Positions 26,501 to 38,000 of a stretch of DNA of 64,000 nt are shown here, one piece after another. Where the stretch lies: contig NC_092672.1 of NCBI RefSeq assembly GCF_964355755.1, positions 4,278,001 through 4,342,000 of the forward strand, read 5' to 3'. A program made the position numbers and the translations under genes. The stretch's first letter is position 1. Each line of letters begins with the position of its first letter. Origin of the DNA: Antedon mediterranea. Taxonomy: Eukaryota; Animalia; Echinodermata. The notes beneath the pieces are model-generated. The model ran no database searches and was not told the origin of the DNA. It saw nothing but the letters and a program-made list of their open reading frames with translations.

Positions 26501-29500
26501 ATAATTTGTCTTGTTGGTTTTATGTTATTTCTAGCATAAACACACTTTCAATACATTCCTTATACAGATATGAGTATAGCACTGGTACAGTATTATATTT
26601 AATTTTCAGAGAGCTCAAACAGAAGCCGTAACGTTCCTTGGAAATCAAGACAACAACAGGTCTTTATATGCCATACCAGGTATTTTGAGATTTAATCATT
26701 TTACCTTGACTTAATATTACAAATGTAATACTGATTTGATTGCATCCCCAAAATGTTCATGTACATTGATTTGGTCAGACATACTTCCAAACTTTACCCC
26801 AATGTGTATTCCTAACCTCTAAAAGTAGGGAAGAGTGAAATCACACTCTTTCCTGAAAAGATGAAGTAAAAGCATAGCCAAACAATAAAGTGTGCTATAA
26901 TGATTTAAAAATATTTCAGTATACTAATAAATCTATAGAGGGCACTATTATAAAAATCTGTAACAATACATCAACATCTATAGTAAACACTGGGCATTTA
27001 ATGGAAGTCAGTAATTTATTGGTACTCACTTTCGAATCAGTGGCACACATCTTTCGGTGGTGCGTCCATACAAATATAAACAATAAAATAAAAAAAATAT
27101 GTGAAGAAAAAAAAATGGACCTTTCAGTCACTATGCCTTTATAACCTCAATGGTTGTTATAACTATAGTATGTTATTTTCCCAGGATTAGACTATGTTGC
27201 CCATGAAGATATTTTACCATACTCATCGGCGGATAAAACTCCACTACAGCATGAGCTGTTTGATAAGTTTCTGGAATTAAAATCAGGACAAGGTATGGAT
27301 TAACTGTGTAACTGTTATTGTACATCTATAAACTAACCTTCTTACAGGAAGAATTAAAAGCAGTACAATCAAAACACACAAATCAATAGAAACATAATAT
27401 ACAAATAATGAATGTTTATGAGTGCAATGGTACAAATAATGGCACAAGGTGAATGATGAAAGGTTATATCAACGAGTCAAAGCCGAGTTGATATAACCTT
27501 TCATCATTCACCAAGTGCCATTATTTGTACCATTACATGAATACAAAACATTCATTATTTGTTTTATATAACATCTAGACGTTTTTTTTTCGTACACAAA
27601 AATGTTTCAAAAAGTACTATTTAACGATCGTTGAATAGTGCGTACTATTGCACGCCATGTGACCCACATTCGTCCAATCAAATGACAGGAATTTATATAG
27701 GTGTTATATAACATGGAATAAATAATAAGTAGGCCTACAATGGTATTGATAATTTCTATGAATTTTTATTAAATTATTAATTTATTAAAATTATTTACAA
27801 AAATACATCATAACTAGATACATTATAAGATTATAACACTATATTTAAGTCTTCAAATTTACACCGAAAAATTAGTAGTAGAATATTATAATTTTGTATT
27901 TATTTTTTTTTTACATTTTAGAGATATTATAATATTTTCTATTAATACTATACCTGTATTTGAAATGTTTTGCTTACACAGTACACAACATCCATAAAAT
28001 ACTCAAAAACAGTTTTGTTAACATATTTAAAAAGTCACTTTGTCCAGACCACTTTCTATAAAATTCTTCTTAATATCCCTGAAAAATGGCAAATTTTTCC
28101 AAACTTTTATTTAATATGTTTTAACTTCCAATTGCAACTCAGAAATATAATTTATGATTATTTTTTCAGAACCACCTTTCGTAGCAAAAGATACTCTTAA
28201 AGCGTGGCAGGAAAAGAACCACCCCTGGTTAGAGTTGTCCGACGTTCACCGTGAAACGACAGAGAATGTACGGGTCACTGTCATACCTTTTTACATGGGT
28301 ACTAGGGTAAGTTTTTATTAAGAACATTATTTAAAAAGAAAAACATGATGAATGATCATATCATGTCTCATCTCTAATTGAACTAAAGCTTTGTCTACAC
28401 TATCAAACTTAATGTGACAACAAAATGTGATGTGCCCATATATGGACATGATGATGTCATATCACTACCATATTTGGGCATATCACTACCATATTTGAGC
28501 ACATCACACTTTTTTTGTCAAACTTGTTTGATAGTGTAGACAAAGCTTTAGACTCATAATCATTTGAAATATTTAAATAACATGCTTATTAATGGTACTG
28601 TAATTCAATTTGTTGTAGGTTTCAGAGGATTCCAGTGTATACTGGGTAAGTCACATACTTGCAACCAATTTATATGTTAGTTCTGGTTTTCTTTATCCTT
28701 TATGGATTCATATAGCCCCATTAATGAAAACATATTACTTTGGTATCTTGTCATACACAATGCTTAAAAAAATTGTAAATTATCTTATACTGTAGTAGCT
28801 TAATTATAATGATGCAATTCGTAAGTATATCTCAACCTTTGTTTTTCCTAGTGGAGGTACTGTATTCGACTTGAGAACCTAGGTAAAGAAACTGTTCAGT
28901 TACGAGAGCGACATTGGAGGATATTCAGCTTATCAGGCACATTAGAAACTGTGAGAGGAAGAGGAGTTGTTGGCCAGGTTAGTTTTAGATAGGAAGCTTT
29001 TGCTTCTTGTGCGGGTCACAGTTGTTATTGTTATAAATGCGTATGGCTTCTGCCGTATGGTAGTTTTCCGATTAATCGTACGATCAAACGGTACTGGGTA
29101 TGATCAACTAGCGTTCGTGTTCCCACCTAATCATCCATTCATAGAAGTACTGATGAAGATATCAATCTGTGGCGACAATAGAATGCACCCGAGACCTGGC
29201 TATCTTCGACTTTTAAATAATAGAAAGTTTAGAAATTTTTTGTTAGACTAGAAATGTACGTTGTATGTATATAGAAAAATGGTTGTAGTTTTCAAAATTA
29301 CGTTGTATAAGTTTTCAAAATTACGTTGTATAAGTTGCGATGTGAAAAACTGTTATTTGATCGTTAGTTGTCGTGTACATAAAGCAAAAACATAAATACT
29401 GTATAATAAAATAAAAATCGTTACGGACAACCAATCATAATATGCCTAGTCCAGGCCATCAGTACCTGTAACATGCATTAGCCTCGAGGCCTACAAGCAC

Positions 29501-30377
29501 ATACTTTAAACCACACTGCTTGTGAATTCGGCGCGCTATGTAAATGGGACAAGCTACGCAGGTTTCCCCTTACCTTTAACTCTTACCGTTACCACTCTTC
29601 AGTGTAAATTGGCCTTTATGAATCGTGATAGCACTAGCCAATTACCATCTCCCCAATTGTGAGAGCTACCACAACTACACCAATTTCCATCTCCTGCTAA
29701 TTTATTAAGTAAAGTCTCTGTTCAAAACTCATGATAAATGTCTTTCTTTGTTAAAGGAACCTATTTTATCTAAAGAACAGCCAGCATTTCAGTACAGTAG
29801 TCACGTATCATTGCAAGCACCAAGCGGACATATGTGGTGAGTAGTGCGTGATGGTATACCAAGTCTTTGTCTACACTATCAAACAAAAAAGTGTGTGCCC
29901 ATCATCATGTCCATATATGGGCACATCACATTTTTTTTGTCACATAAAGTTTGATAGTCTAGTCAGGGCTATAAGATCTGTCAAAAAAAGTGTGACGATC
30001 CCAAATATGGTAGTGATATCATCATCATCATCATCAGCATCATCGTATATGGGCACATCACATTTTTTGTCACATAAAGTTTGATAGTGTAGACAGGGCT
30101 TTAAGATCTGTCAAAAGTAGTGATATGATGTTATCCTGCCTCCTGAAACAAGGGCTTAGGGAACATGTTTAGCCAGTTACAGTAACATCACATGGTGTTG
30201 TCATGGTTTCTTAGAATAGCTATGATAAAAGGTAGTGAAACTTTTGTTCTGTTTTTCCACAGGGGCACATTCCGTATGGAACGAAATGATGGATATTCCT
30301 TCGATTGCCGTATACCACCATTCACGCTGGAAAGTAAACAAAGTGAAACAAATAATCCGCACGGATTCTTTGGATAA
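23582..30377 (+). CDS. POLDIP2: Polymerase delta-interacting protein 2 (YccV-like + ApaG/DUF525 domains), ~356 aa
   Basis: Exons 23582-23715, 23955-24018, 24472-24569, 25635-25746, 26610-26679, 27185-27292, 28170-28306, 28619-28645, 28852-28977, 29757-29836 and 30263-30377 (1071 nt). Motifs GQLFLHKVFGYRG, TYYQVLIDSRDCP, YAIPGLDYVAHEDILPY, WQEKNHPWLELSDVH, YWWRYCIRLEN, FQYSSHVSL, DCRIPPFTLESK. The start could instead be 23588. Confidence 0.96.
25296..25562 (-). repeat. Inverted duplicate of POLDIP2 exon 8, its flanking intron sequence and the adjacent MITE, located in intron 3
   Basis: Reverse complement of ~28384-28739. The exon copy at 25386-25412 is 27/27 identical and both splice signals are retained. 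Confidence 0.92.
26070..26392 (+). mobile_element. tRNA-derived SINE with a Deu/Nin central domain
   Basis: B-box-like ggtttgaggct, then cttctcggataaggactataaaccgtaggtcc..cactttaaagaacc..cgagtagggggtcaccccggtgt, which resembles the Deu-domain consensus, and an (AAAC)n tail. A second copy is on the - strand at ~53110-53302, and a tail remnant at ~11700-11750. Confidence 0.75.
27401..27714. mobile_element. Palindromic non-autonomous element with a ~75-bp-arm hairpin (27401-27562) in POLDIP2 intron 6
   Basis: acaaataatgaatgttt..ggttatatcaac pairs with gttgatataacc..aaacattcattatttgt. It is followed by a ttatataacatc..gtgttatataac segment. Confidence 0.75.
28385..28550. mobile_element. Representative copy of an abundant ~150-170-bp MITE family (Harbinger/Tourist-like); about 22 copies in the window
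   Basis: TIR agctctgtctacactatcaaact..agtttgatagtgtagacagagct with TAA/TTA flanks and internal 21-bp atatcactaccatatttgggc subrepeats. Copies start near 3239, 9246, 13810, 24900, 25073, 25482, 28385, 29862 (double), 30970, 33678, 43172, 43685, 44350, 44802, 45779, 51153, 52276, 54728, 56866, 59338, 61899 and 62617. Confidence 0.9.
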
Positions 30378-31959
30378 TCCTAAAAATCAAATTCTTCCAT
30401 AAAATGATATGTGCAATATAATCAAATTGTTGATTTTTTGCGGCTGATAATTTAAAACACCGTCAACTCGCTCGCGCACAGACTGCCCCAAAATATGGTT
30501 TTTAGAATTTTGTGGTTTGGAAAGGGTTTTCTGGTTTGAACGAGTTAACTATTTCAATTTTCTGAAATCATATATATCAGATATATCAGCAGATGAAAAG
30601 GTAAAATAATTAAGCAGAATCACCTAAAGAAATAACAGTTGAGAGGCTCTTCACATTGAAATATCACATCGCGTGGAGTTGCATAATACATATTTCAAAA
30701 TTTAAATTTTAAGGTCTAGAATGTTATACAGGGTGAACAGAATTATTATAAATACTGGAGTGTACAATAAAAATGTATTTAAAAATAATTTTGTTAGACT
30801 AAGCAATTTTGATCCAAGAATTGAGGCCTATTCATACTAGGGTTATTATGAACGGAGATAAATAAAGTATACATTTTTTCTACAGAAAACAAAATAAATG
30901 TATATTTGGTCCTAGTATAAATAGACCTTTAAGTTATTTTATTGTTGCACATTGAAAAAATTTAAGTTTAAAACTCTGTCTACACTAGTTTGACAAAAAG
31001 AAGTGTGATGTGCTAAATATGGTAGTGATATGCCTAAATATGGTAGTGATATGACATCATCATGTCCATATATGGGCATATCACATTTTTGTAAACAAAA
31101 AGTTTGATAGTGTAGACAGAGATTAAGGTTTATATCAAAAGATGTAATGTATATGTATACATGTACTATATGCTTAACCTAAGCATCTGTTGATATTATA
31201 TTGTAGAAAATATTTATTGAAGTTGCAGTCTGAATACAGTAATATATTTCATAATTTAGAAATTGTGACTTATATAATCAAAAGCATTTAAATTGAGGAG
31301 AATGATTTTGATTAAAAATATGACTGACCTTAACTATGCAAATTTTTTTTTTTTTTATCTTGCAAGTATAAATTGTAGTTTTGTCTTTCTTTCTGTACTT
31401 TGATTGAAAATTTTTATTTTAAACCGGAAACTTACTAGTTTGATGAGTAAAAAAAAGTGCCTTGATTGTGCAACCTCAAAATAGTCCCAATAGGCTTAAT
31501 TGCGAGAAAAATAACAGTTGATTAACTGCATGATTTAACCCTATTTGTGAAATATCATGAATTTTACGTAAAAAATAAAAAATTTCAAATGTATTTGTTT
31601 TTTATTTATTTTTGTTCTTGTCCCATACAAAGTGCACACGGGTCAACATGAGGTTATTAAAAAATCTATGAAAGAAAATGCGTATTTTATTTTTTTTTTT
31701 TTTTTTAAATTAAAATGAAATTTAAAAATGAAAGTAGGCCCTCTATCCTCCGGACACTGAACTGAAACTTTTTAGTTAGAAAAGTAGGGGTATTAAATAC
31801 CGACGTGTATGCAAATTCGAAGAAAACTCAAATTGCATTAGTATTTATTTAAAACTTTAATACTATTCATTTACCATGAATCAAAGAAACAAAAAATGTA
31901 AACAAAGAACTCAACATAAGTCGTATCCCCATTGATGATCGCAAGGGCATTCAACTCAA

Positions 31960-32034
31960 AACAACGCCGTGTGACGTCATCATTTTTAGACGAAAAGATG
32001 GCCGCCGAATTTTTTCGTGAACGCATTTGATGCA
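31960..32034 (+). promoter_or_regulatory. NCoR promoter/5' UTR with CRE, YY1/TISU motif and a 10-codon uORF
   Basis: TGACGTCA at ~31972 and AAAGATGGCCGCC at 31994. The uORF 31998-32030 encodes MAAEFFRERI*. Confidence 0.6.
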
Positions 32035-35000
32035 ATGTCCAGGCCGCCAAAGGACAGGTAATACTTCTTCTAAACTTATATTAAACATGCACAATGAGTT
32101 ATATAATTATTTATTAATTGTGTGGTTACACATTTAATGCATTATTTGCACAATATTTTAAGGTAAAATTGAATTTTTCCATTGCCTATCCAGCCACCCT
32201 ATCATCGATGTGATTAGTCCATCGTCGAGAGGACTGTTTGTGGTGGTCCGATATGAAAACGTACATTAATATTTAATTTAGAGGCCTAGCATTTCGTAGC
32301 CTCAAAATCATTTTATGTTGTTCAGTACATAACCACCTCTTACTAAATAGGGGCATGCACATGTAATATTTAAACCTGTGTAAACCCAGAGATTAGCTCA
32401 AAGAAAGGTGTAAAATGAATAGTGTTTTTTTGTTTATTTTAATTTACCATCATGATATCATTTTGCTCAAAAAGTGTGTTAACCTAACCCTGCGTGATAC
32501 ACCACCTGGCTGCATGAACATGATATTCTGCAGCAGTTTATTTAGGCTAGCTTCAGGCCTAGGCCTAGCATGTAAAAGGTTGTGTAAATCAAATCTAGGC
32601 CTAATTATATCAAAATGGATATTTTCCCATATTTTTACTGCATACATTTGAAAATGAATTGCATGAACATGATGCCTAGGCCTATATAAGTACATTTACA
32701 TAATAAATTATTTGACCCTACTAGCATGTTTAAGGGTAACAAATCTGTTTTTTAATGAATTATTTTAATTAGTTAGTGTTTTTTTTTAAAGCATGCAAAA
32801 ACATATACTGTTCATATTCAAAAGTTTTAATTTTATAAACTGTACCTACAGTATTTATTTTTGTATTTAAAACAAGTATTTTTGTTGAGTCAGCATTTTA
32901 TATGCTTAGTGGGATTAATTATTAATTTATAGTGGGAATCAGTATTTTGATTCTGATTGATTGATGATTCATACTCACTTGGAGGGAGACACAACGTGTC
33001 TCTTCTTCCTTTACTACTATTACTAAACAGTATATAATCCATTTTCATTTCTGTTTTCTTTCACAAATTTTATCTTAGGCTTTATCCTTTCATTGCCAAC
33101 TAGACCACAGTGCTACAATATTGATATTTTACTAGCAAGTGGCATGCAGTAGACACATAAAATTGCCAAGCCCACTAGATTTTACTAGATATTATACACA
33201 GGACTGGAACTACCTTTAAATTTAGTCTACATGAAAATCAAAATTCTAAATGTATAATATTTTATGAGAATGGTGTTCACGCCTTGAATAAGACAGATTT
33301 CCCAACATTTATACTGGTTTTGAGCCTACTGTATCACACAACTACAACAATGTATTGTTTTCATCGTCTTTATTTTTGGAATAAATTATTTGTATAATTT
33401 TCTGTACTGCTGTCATTACTACCATCTGTCCAGTATCCATCAAATGGAATATGAGCAGTTACTCTAGAGAGTAACATAATACTTAAGAATATTACACTTG
33501 AAAGACTATTTTAAAGTGCACAATAAAAAATCTGAAATCAAATACTAATTCATATTTATATTTAATTCCAGGTTTGTATTTAAATTATAATATATTTGGC
33601 TTTGTTGATGTACTGTTCTGTAATCTAACTTGGTTTTTATTTGCTATATTTTGGGGGATTTTTTTTCTGTTATATTAAAGCTCTGTCTACACTATCAAAC
33701 TAGTTTGACAAAATTAGTGTGATGTGCCAAAATATGGTAGGGATATGATGTCATCGTGTCCGTATAGTGGGAACATCACATTTTTTTTGTCACATAAAGT
33801 TTAATAGACGATCGATGATGTTAGTTTTTTTATTGGGGTTTTTCCATTACATATTTATTCAGAGTAAGTGTGTATAATCTTATTATCCACGTATTCACAT
33901 CATATTGTGGAATTTTAAACAGTTAAAACTGTTTACCTAATACTACAGTATAGCTTGCGTCAAAACTACAGTATATGCCTCAACAATACATCAATTTGCC
34001 AAGCATTTCAGGAATTGCAAATTATATGATAATGGCCCCATCAAACTACACATTTTATCATCCAAATAAATTTTTCGAAAAGAGAAAACTACCATAATAT
34101 TGTAAAAATGATTTCAAACTAATTGCATATTTTTATTGATATTTTAAAGCCTTCATTTTCCAGATGGAATGTATTTCTTACCCAGGGACTATTTGACAGG
34201 AAATAATGACTAAATCCCACCAATCAACCATCAAATGTCTTTGTATGTTTTTATTTAAACCTAGACGTAATTTGCATAGCACACACCATAGTAAGATTCA
34301 TCATTCCTTTGAGACCCTGTCTACATTTCAGGTCAAAAGAAACCCACTAAAAACTTCTTTTTATTAGAACCATTCGCCAAGCTTCAATTTGCACTCAAAA
34401 GTCATTTACATTTATTGCACACAAAAAGTAAATTGTTCATATACATGTCTAAACATAAATGGTACGTCTTTATCAATTTACTTACAGTATGGTTCAGTCC
34501 TATTATCTGGTATATTATTTAGTTTTACAGAACATAATTGCTGAATTTACCAATCCGTTATTAAGATGATCCCTGAATCATACTCAAGGGATATTTAGTT
34601 ATTCAGTTATTTTTCTTAGAACTTCTTCATCCCTGAATCATCATAAAATGCCAGATTTTATTATTGAACTTTGAAGGGGATGCCACTCTATCAAATCTTA
34701 TGCCAATCTTTTTTGTCTTTTACAGTGAAAAATGTTTTTGTAATAAATGAGGAGAAAGTGTTTTCTTTATTTTGCATTATCCGTTTCAGGCTAAAAAGAT
34801 GAGCTTTATGTTTTTTTACAGTTGTATCAAAATATAGATTGATTTATAATGTTCGTTTTGAAATATGAATGAAGGGGTTAACTAAATACAAGGCTTGATT
34901 AAACTGTAAATGTCACCAGCAAATTGATATTTTAAAGTATCATTTACCCTAGCTTTTGGAAAGGTCATTAAGTAATTATTTTCATTTCATCATTAAAGTA

Positions 35001-38000
35001 AGAAACCCTGATTTAGGTAAACCTATTTTATTCTTTCATAACGTGTGCAGTAGATGAACCTCCATAGTAGATCCAACAAAATAATTTTTTCTATACAAGA
35101 AATGTCAATACATTTTGCATACAATTTTGTTTTTAGAAGATGATCCCTGCATTAGGGATCAACTCGGTAATTATTTTATAATTTACTAATTGTTCAGAAC
35201 ACTTTAATAAATTGTAATAATAAATAGTATATGCATTGTATCATTATTATATGATGATAAAATGGATGAATAAAGGCAATTTATATATTTTAATAGTTTG
35301 ATTGTATTACAATTAAAGGTATTACATAAACACTTCAAATAAATAGGCTATTATAATACTTTGTTAAGATGATCCCTGTGAAAGGGGTTAAGGGTTCAGC
35401 TACAATATTGGTTGTTGTAAATATCAACTACTTTATCATTCATCGACATTGTATTTAAGTACAGTTTTTCATAATAATTTTTGCATTTTTTAAAAAACAA
35501 ATTATCACATTTCCCTCTTTTCTAGCTATCATAATATTATTTTTATCAGCTGAGTGTAACAATTCATAAAATAATTACAACATTTTAATTCTAATAAGAG
35601 TCAATTATTATTTTAATCACTTTATTTTGAATTTTAGAAATAAAAAAATTTACTTTATTATAATGAAAATTGATAATAAACAATTTCAGATAAATAAATA
35701 ACTAGCCATTGTTTATATTGAATGTTATAGCTTATTTTATGATAACTGAAAATGATGGTTTTGAATGAAAAAGCTTGGTAAAACTAATCCTTCTTCATCC
35801 CACCAGACTAGTCTCAGCGTAGTGAACCTGAAGACCGTCGCAGTGTGTGATTTGGTTGTTAAAAAAACAATTGTTTTCCGACCATTAGCTATTTCACTGC
35901 AAAACATTTTTAATTTAAATTAGAAGCATACAAATATGCAAAAATAAATAATTGATTTCTGTTTTATTATGTTACTTATTTAATATTTAACCTTTACAGT
36001 TTGAATTTGATATTTAAAACTTTTAAGAAAAATTAATTTGATATAATTAGATTAATTTGTTTACTTAATATTACTAAATCAATCAAAATTAATAATATTT
36101 TACATTTCAACCCAAATAAATCATTCATCATACCATAAATTAGGTATAAAAAATGTTAAATTTAAAAATGTGAAATGCCAAACAAATTCAATTGTATTTA
36201 AATTTGACATCGTACATTGCGGTACCCCAATCAAGGAACAATACACCAGCTGTCTTCGGTCATAAAGCTTTGAAAATGGTAAAAAACAACAATATTATGT
36301 CAGTTGGCAATAATAACGCTCAAATGGCTCGAATGAAATTGACCGAGGGATGTAATAAGGAAGTCCAAGTTGTAGTGATTACTTTTAGTACCAACTGTTG
36401 ACCCTGTAAGTGCAAGAATTTTATTATATTATTATTTATTTATTCACAATATTTTATGAGGACGGCCCAATTACGGTACTTAAAAAGACGGGTATTGGTG
36501 TTGATAACTTTAGAGTAGAATTGATTTGTTGTACTGTATTTCTTTAAGCACCATTATTTCCACTTGTTTTCTGGACGAAATAAAGTTATATTCCTTAGGG
36601 CCTAGATACAAAATCACTATAATAAAAAAAAAAAAAATCTTTAAAGTTCCAAAAAAAAAAAGTAACTTTATATATACGGTACTATTTAAACAAATAATAA
36701 TGTCAATATCAGGGAACTTATTAATTAACATAATTAGGCCATGTAAAAAAAAAAGGTTGTTGATCGTCCTCGCTCGACATCGAAAATCGGCCCGCCTAAT
36801 TATTTTTTTTTGAACCGTGAAAATCCGGCCGAAAATCCCGTTTTTCAACCTCAGATCGGTCGTCGCGATCGCAAAATTCAGAAATTCATCTCGATTATCT
36901 GGCCCTCTATCGATAGTATCAATATGCGCGTGCAAGATACGGGTATGTAGCTTGATTTTGTTTATTTTTTTCGCTGACCTGCTGGCCTGCTGTACAGCGT
37001 GGGTTCTTTTTACACGTGATTTGCGAACAATAGATCTTTATTGATACGTATTTACGCAGCTTAAATGCCTTTTGTGGTACTTTCTATTACCCGCGAGGGT
37101 AGTAGTTCGCCGATTAAAGATTGGTTTGGCTGCGAAGTCACGGCTGATGTAACATTTTCAGAGTTGTATGTTGAATTGTACACGGGGAAGTTCGACGGTG
37201 AATCCGTCGTTGGCGATAGGCCTACGTTGCCTACAGTGTACGCCAGCGATAGGAAGCCCGGAAAGGGAGATGGTATGATCAAAGTATCGGCCCAATTCAT
37301 TAAGTTTGTCCAAACACCTACAGTTCCCGAAATTACGATGCCCCAAAATGCTAGGCCTAGTGCATTTGTTGTTTTAAGTCTTTATACTGAAACTGAATAA
37401 AAATGTGAATGAACACTTACCATACAGTATATCTAACCATGTTGCATTTTGTGATACTGCAGTTCAGAACCATATACCAATATTTACTATTTTGACCTTT
37501 CGCTTCATGTCAACATTTTGTCGAATCGTTACACTTTCATGATACTTTGCTGCTTTTTTATAATAAAAAAAAAAAAAAAAAAAAAAAAAAGCCTCCCTCC
37601 CTCCTGACTTTAAAAAAAAAAAAAGGACGATCAACAATTTTTTTTTTTTACATGGCCTTATTATACATTTAACTGCTGAACAATCTGTCTTTTGAATAGG
37701 AAACATATACAGAAGAGCGTGCTAACTAGGAGAATTAACAAATGTATGCAATTTACAATATGTTCACTTCTCCTCAATTGTCACAACTTGTTTTTATGTC
37801 ACTGTATTCTACATTAGTGCCAACCGCCATATGAATTGAATTGATCACTTGATTTCAGATTAAATATTCCATATATACAAATACAAAACGGAAAATCGCA
37901 ATAAAATAGGATTTTTTCACACTCAGCGAAGAGATTTGAATATCGAATAGTTCGCAGTACACCTACAGTAACAAGATCATTTTCAATATTCAAAACTCTT

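Noticed and set aside
36510-36935. 141-aa minus-strand ORF
   Set aside because: It crosses a transposon TIR and poly-A tracts, is low in complexity and has no recognisable motif.
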